A DNA stretch of 62,291 bases, filler included, from Myxococcota bacterium (GTDB lineage Bacteria; Myxococcota_C; UBA6777), in NCBI GenBank assembly GCA_023150835.1. It is 2 parts of 2 records of this genome, joined end to end, with 100 filler letters (N's around TTAATTAATTAA, not from the genome) between each part and the next. Parts side by side here need not be neighbours in the genome. Positions count along the whole stretch, not along the records: positions 31,679 to 62,291 come from JAKLKB010000078.1; 1 more part is not named here. One strand, 5' to 3'. The notes beneath the pieces are model-generated. The model worked only from the letters and a program-made list of their open reading frames with translations. It was not told the DNA's origin and did not search any database. Numbering within the stretch: the stretch's first letter is position 1; every line of letters starts with the position of its first letter. The position numbers and the translations under genes are program-made. Below, in pieces: positions 38,905 through 47,906 of this stretch.

Positions 38905-41900
38905 TCAACGGCGACGGCGTTTCACACGGCGTTTGGGTGGTTCGGGGGAGGGTTCCTCGTGGGGAGGGAGTGCTTTGGGCTTGTGTTTTTCGAGCAATTC
39001 TTTGACTTCCCCTGCTTTCCAAAGAGGTTGCTCCATATCGTTGTCTTGGCTGGCGGGTATGGCGACTTTTTTCTCAACTCGCGGGTCACTTTCCAAGACA
39101 ACACGCAGGCGGATCTCTTGGTGGGGGATGGTCAGGACAAAAGGTTTGTCTGTTTTTCCGATCGGTTTCTTAAAGCGAGGATGGTAGATGATCGCAGGTT
39201 GTCCTTGGGACAACAGAGTAACGCGGATCTGCGGAAAACGCTCTTGGATCAGTTGTTCTCGGCGATCATCGCGGATCTTGTAGGGACTGCTGTTGAAGAA
39301 ACTCAGGCGATTCTCTTCGCTCTCGCACAAGAAATAGTACAGGCCGGGTTCAAGGCGGATCTGCGCTGTGTTCGATAGGCCTAATGTCTTTGAAACCATC
39401 TCAGGATCGGCTTTTTTGAGCAGATGAAGCTGACAGGCGGGTGAAAAATCAAAGCGCACCAACGCACGCCCATCTTCGAGCGTCCGAGAACGAACGAACT
39501 GAAAAGCTGCGTAAGACACCGCCAGAACCCCCACGAGCCCAACGAGCAAGATCAAACGCAACAACAAGCTCATGGTCTTGGCATCGTCTTGTTTCGGTGT
39601 CGCTAAGATCTGCGGTGAGGCATGAAGTGGCGTGATCGGTCGGGCGCTTGTGTCGAGACGTTCGGGGATACGTGGGGCGAAACGCCCAGCCGCATCGACG
39701 CCTTTGGCGAGTTCGGATGGGGCATACTCTGGCGGATGCACCGCAAAATCAACGTGTGGTATCTGTCCTGTCGCCACCGCACGAACAGGCTGGCGCAAGG
39801 GATCGTGGCTGCGATTTGTAGGCAAGGGGCTTGGCACAGAAGCCAATCCACCGCCACTTCGCGCAGTTTCCCCCTCGACAGGTGTCGCTTTCAGGCGAAC
39901 TTCGGCAAAAGACACCGATCCATGTTGGATCTCGTTTTGGCCCGCTCCTGCGGGCTTTTCAACACGTGCCACTTCTGGAAAAGAACGAGGTCGAACGGCC
40001 TCTTCCGTTTTTGGCAAAGCTCGCGGAACCTCCATCGAGAGGGGGGTGCCTGCGATCTGCGGGACTTCTTGAAGAGAAGGTCCACGTCCGCCTGCCCGAA
40101 CTTGCGGGATCTCGTGCGCAGACAGAGGGCGTTTGGAGCTTCCGACTTGTGGGATCTCGGGAACAGAAAGTGGGCGCATCGAAGCTCCCGCTCCTGCGGA
40201 GGAAACAGTAGGGATCTCGTGCGCAGAAGGGGGTCGGCCTTCTCGTTTTCCATCCGCAGAAACCATCGGTGGACGCGGTAGATTGGAAGCTCCGACCGCG
40301 TGGTCGGGGCGCTTGGGAACGTCGGCTGGCTCCCCAAGCGTCGCGTCGCCTGTCGTCTGATCGCCGCCTTCGGACAAACGGCTGACTTTGCGCGGTAGGG
40401 GCAAGGGAGCCGCGTGAGGCGAAGGCCCCACCGTAAGATTCGTGTGATCTCCCGTATCTCCCGACACAGCAGGGATAAAGGTCTCTGTCGGGGCCATCAC
40501 ATCAAGCAGATCGTTCGGCTTATGGTAGGCATCCAGCAACGACAGAGCTTCTTGCGGGATCGCAAAATCCACCCCCACCATCCCTGAATCTCCCCCCAAA
40601 GCATCCAAACCCGAGATCTTCGATTTTAAGATCGAAGCGGAAGGCAGAGCCTCCGAAGATCCCAACAGATCCGACAGATCTTGGGGGCCTTGAAAAGCCG
40701 GAAGTTGCCGCGTGTCCAGCTTGCCTGTCGGTGCAGGCGAAGAGGACTTTAAAAGACTTGCGTCGCTCTCCATCGCCACCACATCGACTGCGTCTGGGCG
40801 TGGTGACGATTTTCCGCCGGATTCGAGAAATGTCTCGTCGCCTGTGATCGTCTCATCGCCTGAGGTTTCTTCGTTTTCGGAGAGTTCGGAGATGTCCCAT
40901 ACATCGACGCCTTGAAGTGCAGGTCGGGGAGGCAAATAGCTCGGAGATGCTGGGTGATAGTTGGCCTCAGGATACACGGGTGGGACATAATCTGGATAAG
41001 CTTCTTGGGCGTGCGCATAATCGCCCATCGATTGGGCAAGAGATTGAAAATCTTGCGAAGCACCAACCAACGAGGCTTCGTTTTTGCTCGGGACAAAGTC
41101 GCCCACGGTTTCTTCGTAGAATCGGGCGAGATCTTCTTGATCGATGAACAGATCTCGCTCACGCAAGATCATATCCAACTCACGTTGGAGATCGCGGGCA
41201 TTTTGAAAGCGTTTTTCGGGGTCTTTTTCGAGCAGGCGAAACACCGCATCTTCGAGCTGTGCAGGGATATTTGGGGTCAAAGCAAACAAAGAAGACGGTG
41301 TGTTTTGTGTCACGGCCATCATAATGCTAAAGACTTCGTCGCCCGAAAATGGGCGCTCTCCGCTGCATAGTTCGTACAAGATCGAACCCAACGCAAACAG
41401 ATCGGAACGAGCATCCAACGGACGAGCATAAATCTGTTCGGGTGACATGTACGAGGGAGTGCCTTTGATCTGGCCGTTAAGCGTATTTCCCTCTTTTGCC
41501 GGGTGGTTGGTGGCTTTGGCGATCCCAAAGTCGATCACTTTGACGAAGCCGTTGCGGCTCAACAGGATGTTGCTCGGCTTGAGATCGCGATGAACCAGAT
41601 GCAGCGGACGACCGTCGCGACCCACATGCGTGTGTGCGTAATGAAGACCTTTGCTGACTTCGATCACAACATAGACCGCAAGACTCCAAGGGATCGGCTT
41701 TTTGGTGATCTCTTTGGAGCGGGCAAGGATTACTTCGAGATCGTATCCTTGAATGCGTTCCATCGCGATGTAGACGAGGTCTTGTTCTTCTCCGACATCG
41801 TAGATCTCGACGATATTCGGATGTTGAAGACGTGCAGCAAGACGTGCCTCGTGCAACAACATCCCCCGCTGTTCGGGCCCTGTCTTATCGTCGAGATGAA

Positions 41901-42042
41901 CGCATTTCAACACAACTTCTTTGGAAAAGTCTCCCAAGCCGATCTGAACGGCCCCCCAAACCTCGGCTTGTCCCCCCTCTCCCAAGCGGGCGACCAACTT
42001 GTATTTCCCATTACCTATAAAGACGCCCGGTCTGAGTTTCAT
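38905..42042 (-). CDS. Membrane-anchored Hanks-type Ser/Thr protein kinase
   Basis: GEGGQAEV, VVLK, HRDLKPSN, DFG, GTPSYMSPE, SDLFALG; long low-complexity linker, one TM, C-terminal extracytoplasmic region. ATG at 42042 preferred. Confidence 0.93.
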   Translation of the reverse strand: MKLRPGVFIGNGKYKLVARLGEGGQAEVWGAVQIGLGDFSKEVVLKCVHLDDKTGPEQRGMLLHEARLAARLQHPNIVEIYDVGEEQDLVYIAMERIQGYDLEVILARSKEITKKPIPWSLAVYVVIEVSKGLHYAHTHVGRDGRPLHLVHRDLKPSNILLSRNGFVKVIDFGIAKATNHPAKEGNTLNGQIKGTPSYMSPEQIYARPLDARSDLFALGSILYELCSGERPFSGDEVFSIMMAVTQNTPSSLFALTPNIPAQLEDAVFRLLEKDPEKRFQNARDLQRELDMILRERDLFIDQEDLARFYEETVGDFVPSKNEASLVGASQDFQSLAQSMGDYAHAQEAYPDYVPPVYPEANYHPASPSYLPPRPALQGVDVWDISELSENEETSGDETITGDETFLESGGKSSPRPDAVDVVAMESDASLLKSSSPAPTGKLDTRQLPAFQGPQDLSDLLGSSEALPSASILKSKISGLDALGGDSGMVGVDFAIPQEALSLLDAYHKPNDLLDVMAPTETFIPAVSGDTGDHTNLTVGPSPHAAPLPLPRKVSRLSEGGDQTTGDATLGEPADVPKRPDHAVGASNLPRPPMVSADGKREGRPPSAHEIPTVSSAGAGASMRPLSVPEIPQVGSSKRPLSAHEIPQVRAGGRGPSLQEVPQIAGTPLSMEVPRALPKTEEAVRPRSFPEVARVEKPAGAGQNEIQHGSVSFAEVRLKATPVEGETARSGGGLASVPSPLPTNRSHDPLRQPVRAVATGQIPHVDFAVHPPEYAPSELAKGVDAAGRFAPRIPERLDTSARPITPLHASPQILATPKQDDAKTMSLLLRLILLVGLVGVLAVSYAAFQFVRSRTLEDGRALVRFDFSPACQLHLLKKADPEMVSKTLGLSNTAQIRLEPGLYYFLCESEENRLSFFNSSPYKIRDDRREQLIQERFPQIRVTLLSQGQPAIIYHPRFKKPIGKTDKPFVLTIPHQEIRLRVVLESDPRVEKKVAIPASQDNDMEQPLWKAGEVKELLEKHKPKALPPHEEPSPEPPKRRVKRRRR

Positions 42043-42474
42043 AAAATACGCTTTCCCTTGAAGCGGACTCGCTTCCTTGCGATTCGCAGATAGTCGCGGC
42101 TGGCTCTTTTCAAAACCATGAGACAACACAAGCAAAGCCTACACAAAACGCGCAGGCTCAAAAAGGTTATTTGACACGCACTTTTCACGCAAGACCCAAA
42201 AATGCTTGGCGCTTGCCTCTTGCACCGCAACGCAGCGAACAAGCCTCGCTGCTTAGGCACCAAGAAGGCACACGCAACTGGGACGATCGTGGATGATTGT
42301 ACCCATCCGCGCACAAAAGACAAACAAATCTTTCGCTCTACCGACCATCCTTGCGGCGATCTGAGCGGATGGCGCATCCTTGCCTATGATCCAAACCCAA
42401 ACCATCTCGGTAACGCAGGGGACGAATTTGCGGGTGGCGGATGCCATCGCGCAGCCCAAGAATTTTTGAGTCGA

Positions 42475-43731
42475 TCAAGGACGCCGCAACAAATGAACAA
42501 ACAAACCTGATCGCAGCTTGGGTTCAAACCACGTAGACTTGGGCGGCATCACATGACCGGCCTCTGCGACCTCAAGCAACTCCTCGACGGAGGTCGGATA
42601 ACAGGCCCACGCAACACCCTCTGGATGGCGGCTCGCCATCGCTTCGAGCCCTTGGTATCCGCGAATGCCACCGACAAAAGAGATCCGTTTGTCTCGGCGA
42701 GGATCGACGATCCCCAAAACAGGAGCCAAAAAACGATCCTGCAACAAGCTGACATCCAATCGCCCCACAGGATCGTTCGGGATCTCCACTTCAGGCCGCA
42801 AGCGCAGGCGCCACCATGTTTTTTGAAAAAACAGATCAAAACAACGCGGCATCGGCGGCGAGAGTTTGGGCAGATCTTGCAACGGCTCACGCACAAACAT
42901 CTGATCGACGTGCGACAAAAAGGCGGCGGCTGAGAGATCACCGAGATCATGCACAAGCCGATGGTACGGCAAGATCTGCATTTGATTGTGTGGAAAGACC
43001 ACACTCAAGAAAAATTGCGAAGGATCTTCGGATGAAAGATGCGGCTCGGCTTGTCTTCGGGCTTGCGCCACCCGCGATGCCGCTGCGGATCGATGATGCC
43101 CATCCGCCACATAAATCAACGCAACGTGTTCCCGAAACAGCGCTGCGATCGACTGATTCGTTGCGTCGTCTGTGATCTCCCAACAACGATGCTCGATCCC
43201 GTCCGTCGCCTCAAACGCAAGCGTCGGTGGTTGGGCGCTGATCTGCTCTAGCAACGCATCCAGATCGGGTTGAGAACGGTATGCCAACAGCACAGGGCCT
43301 GTTTGCGCTCCTACCGTCGTGATGTGATTCACCCGATCGAGTTCTTTGTCTGGGCGCGTAAACTCGTGCTTGCGAACGATCCCCTTGTCGTACTCCGCAC
43401 ACGAAGCCAAACCAACAAATCCTGTTTGACGATGCTCTCCCATCACCAACTGGTACACATAAAAACGTTCCGCACTGTCTTGTACCAAAACCCCCTTCTC
43501 AACGAACGATCGCAACTTGGCTTGGGCGTACTCGTACACCTCTAGCGCGTGAGGCTCCACCTCTTCTCCCAACTCGACTTCTGCCCTCGTCACGCGCAAA
43601 AAACTGTAGGGATTTCCTTCCACCAAAGCACGCGCTTCTTCCGTATCCATCACATCATACGGCAAAGACGCCACACGAGAAGCCAACGCAGGATCAGGGC
43701 GCAATGCCCGAAAAGGCCGATATATCGCCAT
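42475..43731 (-). CDS. DUF1015 family protein
   Basis: PFRALRP, SLPYDV, KHEFT, YVADGHHRSAAA, MPPKSTWFEPKLRSGL. Confidence 0.92.
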   Translation of the reverse strand: MAIYRPFRALRPDPALASRVASLPYDVMDTEEARALVEGNPYSFLRVTRAEVELGEEVEPHALEVYEYAQAKLRSFVEKGVLVQDSAERFYVYQLVMGEHRQTGFVGLASCAEYDKGIVRKHEFTRPDKELDRVNHITTVGAQTGPVLLAYRSQPDLDALLEQISAQPPTLAFEATDGIEHRCWEITDDATNQSIAALFREHVALIYVADGHHRSAAASRVAQARRQAEPHLSSEDPSQFFLSVVFPHNQMQILPYHRLVHDLGDLSAAAFLSHVDQMFVREPLQDLPKLSPPMPRCFDLFFQKTWWRLRLRPEVEIPNDPVGRLDVSLLQDRFLAPVLGIVDPRRDKRISFVGGIRGYQGLEAMASRHPEGVAWACYPTSVEELLEVAEAGHVMPPKSTWFEPKLRSGLFVHLLRRP

Positions 43732-43803
43732 CTCTTCCACTCCATCAACACCATCTCTATTTGCGCTCAAACCAACGCTGCTTGCACCACCACTCGATCC
43801 ATC

Positions 43804-43870
43804 CCCATCGATGCGATTTTTCCGTCTCCCATCAATACGATTTTTCTATCTCCGATCGAGTTGATTTTTC
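43804..43870. repeat. Degenerate 24-bp tandem repeat, ~3 copies
   Basis: CC(C/G)ATC....GATTTTTC at 43804, 43828, 43852. Confidence 0.7.
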
Positions 43871-44037
43871 GCAAACAACCACCGACACTCCGCGCTTTGG
43901 CCTATACACCAACTTCGCCACTCGCGCAACTCCCCGCCTCTTTGTTTGCCCTGCTCTTCATGCCCAAAGAAACGGCACACCCCACGCGCCTCTCGCTGTT
44001 TCCGCTCTCAACGCCAAAACATCGGCACAGAGCCCTC

Positions 44038-44132
44038 ACACGATATCCGAGAGACGTGTGATCGCGTAAAGGCCCTGCTCTTGGGCAGCCACAGGGGCTG
44101 CCTCTACATCACACAACGGGCGAATTTCGTAT
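44038..44132 (-). repeat. Family A element, reverse orientation
   Basis: Reverse complement reads ATACGAAATTCGCCC...GTAGAGGCAGCCCCTGTGGCTGCCCAAG...GATCACAC...CGGATATCGT. Confidence 0.8.
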
Positions 44133-44325
44133 CGCAACCCTCCGGCTGCCCGCGCCTCAAATCTCGGTAAATTGCCGAGCGTTTCAATCTCACGCCACAC
44201 AAAAAGCCGTCCAATCGCCAAACGATGGGGTCTTGTATCCGTCTTTTTCTGAGCGTATACACGCCCCCATACGACAAGTGCGTATCTTGTCCGATTCTTC
44301 GACCTGTTTGGGAGAATGAAGCATC

Positions 44326-47300
44326 ATGGAACGACGACTCCTTTGGCTGTTTCTTGCAACCGCCTTGACCTTTGTGTTTCTCGGTGGATGCGGGCCGATC
44401 ACGCTAAACCCCAACCAAACGATCTGCACCGCCACCCAAGACTGCCCCGGGCGCTTGCGCTGCCAACAAGGCCGATGTGTCGCTCTCTCCACCGAAACGA
44501 CACCCACCGAGCCTCTCCCTTCCGAAATCAGCGCAGAATCCACCGTCGAGTCCCTGCCTTCCGAACCTCCCTCCGAACCCACTGTCGAATCCCTCACAGA
44601 GCCTTCTCTCGAATCCGTCCCCGAAGATGCTGGCTCTGAGCCTTCTCCAGAACGCCCGCCCGACGCCGTCTGCGAAGACGAAGACAAAGACGGGTACTGC
44701 GCCAATCTACCCAACGACAAAGGCCAATACGACTGCAACGACAAAAACAAACAGATCCATCCCAACGCCCCCGAACAATGCAACGGAGAAGACGACAACT
44801 GCAACGGGCAGATCGACGAAGATCTCACTCCCCCTCCTTGCAGCAAAACCCAAGGCGTCTGCTCAGGGGCAAAAAAAACCTGCAAAGGCAAACAAGGATG
44901 GGCCGATTGCACCGATAGCGATTACCTCGTACACAGCGGAGATTACGAATCAAAAGAAACCACTTGTGATGGCAAAGACAACGACTGCAACGGCCTAATC
45001 GACGATAACGTGTTCTTGCCCACCGCTCCCTGCCAAACTCCCCAAAAGCTCGGCGAATGCGCTCGCGGCCAATATACGGGCTGCAAAGACGGCAAACTGG
45101 TGTGTACATCCAACATCCAACCCCAACCCATCGAGATCTGCGACAACGGCAAAGACGACGATTGCAACGGCAGCGTCGATGAAAATCCCCCTTGCGCCTG
45201 CATAAACGGCAAAAAAGAATCCTGCTACGACGGTCTCATCGGATGCACCCGAAAAAGCGACGGTTCCTACACCTGCATCAGCCCCTGCCAAGCCGGTTCT
45301 CGAGCTTGTCTCAACAGCAGATGGGGAGCCTGCCTTACACAGATCACCCCATCATCCGAGATCTGCAACGGTAAAGACGACGATTGCGACGGCACCATCG
45401 ACAACAACACCACAGACAGCAACAAAGACTGCAACACCTCAAAACCCGGCATCTGCCAAGATGGCCGTACCCAATGCGCCAACGGTACGCTCTCCTGCAC
45501 CTCCATCTTTCAAGCCACCCCCGAAACCTGCAACGGCAAAGACGACGACTGCAACGGAAACATCGACGACAATCCCCAAGAACAAGGCAAAGCCTGCCCT
45601 GCACAAGCCACAGGAGAATGCAAAAACGGCTCCTATCGCTGCGAAGCTGCCCGACTGACCTGTGTCCCCGCCTCGCCAACACCCGAGATCTGCAACGGCA
45701 AAGACGACGATTGCGACGGTAGCATCGACAATACCGAAGGAACAAGCTTGCCGATCGCTCGTTCTTGCTACGGCGGCCCCGCCCAGTCCCTCGGCGTGGG
45801 CCTCTGCATCGACGGCACACAACGTTGCATCAACGGCACATGGGACGCTTGCAATAACGCACAAACTCCCCGCAGCAGCGAGACCTGCGACAATGCCGCT
45901 GACGACAACTGCGATCACTCCCTCACCTACGGATGCAACACCTGTAACCCAAGTCGCGTCAATTTCCCCCTCACCCCTTACGGCGAACACAGCGACGCCA
46001 TCCGCGCCACCGCCCTCAGCCCCAACAATCTGCTTTTTGTCTCCGCTTCCAAAACGGGAGAGATCCGCATCTGGTCGCGCACGGATGGCCTTCTGCTTTC
46101 TTCCCTGCGCGCTCACACCAACGCCATCCAAGACCTCGCCATCAGCAACGACAACACCCTCCTCGCCTCCGCAAGCAGCGATAAATCCGCTGCGATCTGG
46201 ACGCTCTCGACCGCACAACGCCTGCGCACCCTCTCCGGCCACTCAGGAGAAGTCGTGGGGATTCGCTTTATCGACAACGATCAAGCCCTGATCACCGTCT
46301 CCGATGACGGCTACCTCCACCGCTACAACACCGCCGACGGAACACTCCAAAAACGCCTCAAGATCGGCTTTAACGCACGCAGCCTCGCGATATCTCCACA
46401 AACAAACCTGCTCGCTGTCGGTGGAAGCCTCGGAGATATCGCCCTTTTTGACCTCTCCCAACACAAGTTCACCAAACAATGGAAAGCCCACAGCGCTGCC
46501 GTCCTCTCCCTCGCCTTCTCTCCCGACGGCAAAGAACTCGCAAGCGGAAGCAGCGATCGCACCATCTTGATCTGGAACACAGACAACAACCTCGGACAAA
46601 AACTCTACACCCTCAGCGGCCTGCAAGCCGAAGTCTACAGCGTGTTCTACGATCCGCAAAAACGTTTCTTTTTCGCAGGTACCGCAGAAAAACTGGTTCG
46701 TGCGTGGCGTCTCCCTCTCTACACTTACGCTCACGCTTACACCTCGCCCAACGGCGCTGTCACCAGCATCCAAGCCGAAACCACCGGCACAACCCTCTAC
46801 GCTGCCACCGATACGCCTCGCACTTACTCATGGCCGATCGCCTCCCCAACAGCCTCCGCCCGCCCTTTCCCCGCACACAACAGCCACATCACCGCCCTCG
46901 CTCAAAACAACAACATCGGTCTGCTCGCCTCTGGCGATGATCGCGGCACCATCGTTCTTTGGAAACAAGGAACCCTTCTCCGCTCCTCCGCGCTCCTCAG
47001 CAAACACAACGCGACGATCTCACGGCTCGCTTTCACCGCAGACGGAAAAACCCTCGTCTCCACCAGTCGCAACGGCGATATCGTCGTTTGGGAGACCAGC
47101 AACGCCACTCTCAAAACCACCTTTTCGAGCGCTCACCTCGGAAAAGCCGTCTCTGCCCTTTCCATCCAACCCAACAGCCCTTCCCTGTTCGTCTCCGGCG
47201 GCGATGATGGCCGCATCATCGCTTGGGATATCAGCAAAAACAAAGATATCTCGACGCTCGCCCTCCCCAACAGCGATCTCCCCCTTGACCTTCAATTCCA

Positions 47301-47760
47301 AGACGACAACAAAACCATCGCCGTCGGCGCAAGCAGCGGACGCCTCTACATCCTCAGCTTCGATGGCATCAACCTCAAGCTCGAAAGAACCCTCACAGAA
47401 CACCAAAACAGCGTCCTTGCCGTCGCCTTTGGATCTCGCCCTACCATGGGCGCTCCTGTCCTCGCCTCTTCTGATGTCGCAGGACGGATCGTCTTTTGGA
47501 CAACAACCTTATGGAACAAAGTCGGCGACTTTACCAAAGCCAACGCACGCTACAGCCGACTCCAATTCGGAAGCACACCCCAATACCTTTTCGCTCAAAG
47601 CGACGCTTTTCTTACGGTCGATATCTTGGACGTCTCCAACCGCAAGATCACCCAAAGCCTCCGTGTTCCACAAAGCCTACACAGCTTTTTGTGGCACCCT
47701 GAAAGCTTCACCTTGTTCGCAGGCAGCGACGCCATCCTCCACCGATGGACTTGCCCATAA
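44326..47760 (+). CDS. Lipoprotein with Cys/Asp-rich (MopE-related) repeats and a C-terminal WD40 region
   Basis: Lipobox LGGC; 7 E-x-C-(N/D)-..-DD(D/N)C-(N/D)G-x-ID-type motifs; WD40 repeats such as AHSAAVLSLAFSPDGKELASGSSDRTILIW; GGAG upstream. Confidence 0.9.
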   Translation: MERRLLWLFLATALTFVFLGGCGPITLNPNQTICTATQDCPGRLRCQQGRCVALSTETTPTEPLPSEISAESTVESLPSEPPSEPTVESLTEPSLESVPEDAGSEPSPERPPDAVCEDEDKDGYCANLPNDKGQYDCNDKNKQIHPNAPEQCNGEDDNCNGQIDEDLTPPPCSKTQGVCSGAKKTCKGKQGWADCTDSDYLVHSGDYESKETTCDGKDNDCNGLIDDNVFLPTAPCQTPQKLGECARGQYTGCKDGKLVCTSNIQPQPIEICDNGKDDDCNGSVDENPPCACINGKKESCYDGLIGCTRKSDGSYTCISPCQAGSRACLNSRWGACLTQITPSSEICNGKDDDCDGTIDNNTTDSNKDCNTSKPGICQDGRTQCANGTLSCTSIFQATPETCNGKDDDCNGNIDDNPQEQGKACPAQATGECKNGSYRCEAARLTCVPASPTPEICNGKDDDCDGSIDNTEGTSLPIARSCYGGPAQSLGVGLCIDGTQRCINGTWDACNNAQTPRSSETCDNAADDNCDHSLTYGCNTCNPSRVNFPLTPYGEHSDAIRATALSPNNLLFVSASKTGEIRIWSRTDGLLLSSLRAHTNAIQDLAISNDNTLLASASSDKSAAIWTLSTAQRLRTLSGHSGEVVGIRFIDNDQALITVSDDGYLHRYNTADGTLQKRLKIGFNARSLAISPQTNLLAVGGSLGDIALFDLSQHKFTKQWKAHSAAVLSLAFSPDGKELASGSSDRTILIWNTDNNLGQKLYTLSGLQAEVYSVFYDPQKRFFFAGTAEKLVRAWRLPLYTYAHAYTSPNGAVTSIQAETTGTTLYAATDTPRTYSWPIASPTASARPFPAHNSHITALAQNNNIGLLASGDDRGTIVLWKQGTLLRSSALLSKHNATISRLAFTADGKTLVSTSRNGDIVVWETSNATLKTTFSSAHLGKAVSALSIQPNSPSLFVSGGDDGRIIAWDISKNKDISTLALPNSDLPLDLQFQDDNKTIAVGASSGRLYILSFDGINLKLERTLTEHQNSVLAVAFGSRPTMGAPVLASSDVAGRIVFWTTTLWNKVGDFTKANARYSRLQFGSTPQYLFAQSDAFLTVDILDVSNRKITQSLRVPQSLHSFLWHPESFTLFAGSDAILHRWTCP

Positions 47761-47906
47761 ATCCACAAAAACGTAATCGCCCCAAATTTGCAAACAAACC
47801 ACCGCACCCTTCACCAACAACCTTGTGTATCCTCTCTTTTTCTTGATGGGCTTGTCCATCACACCGATGATACCGACGCAATCTCCAACCGATAGGATCC
47901 AAAACC

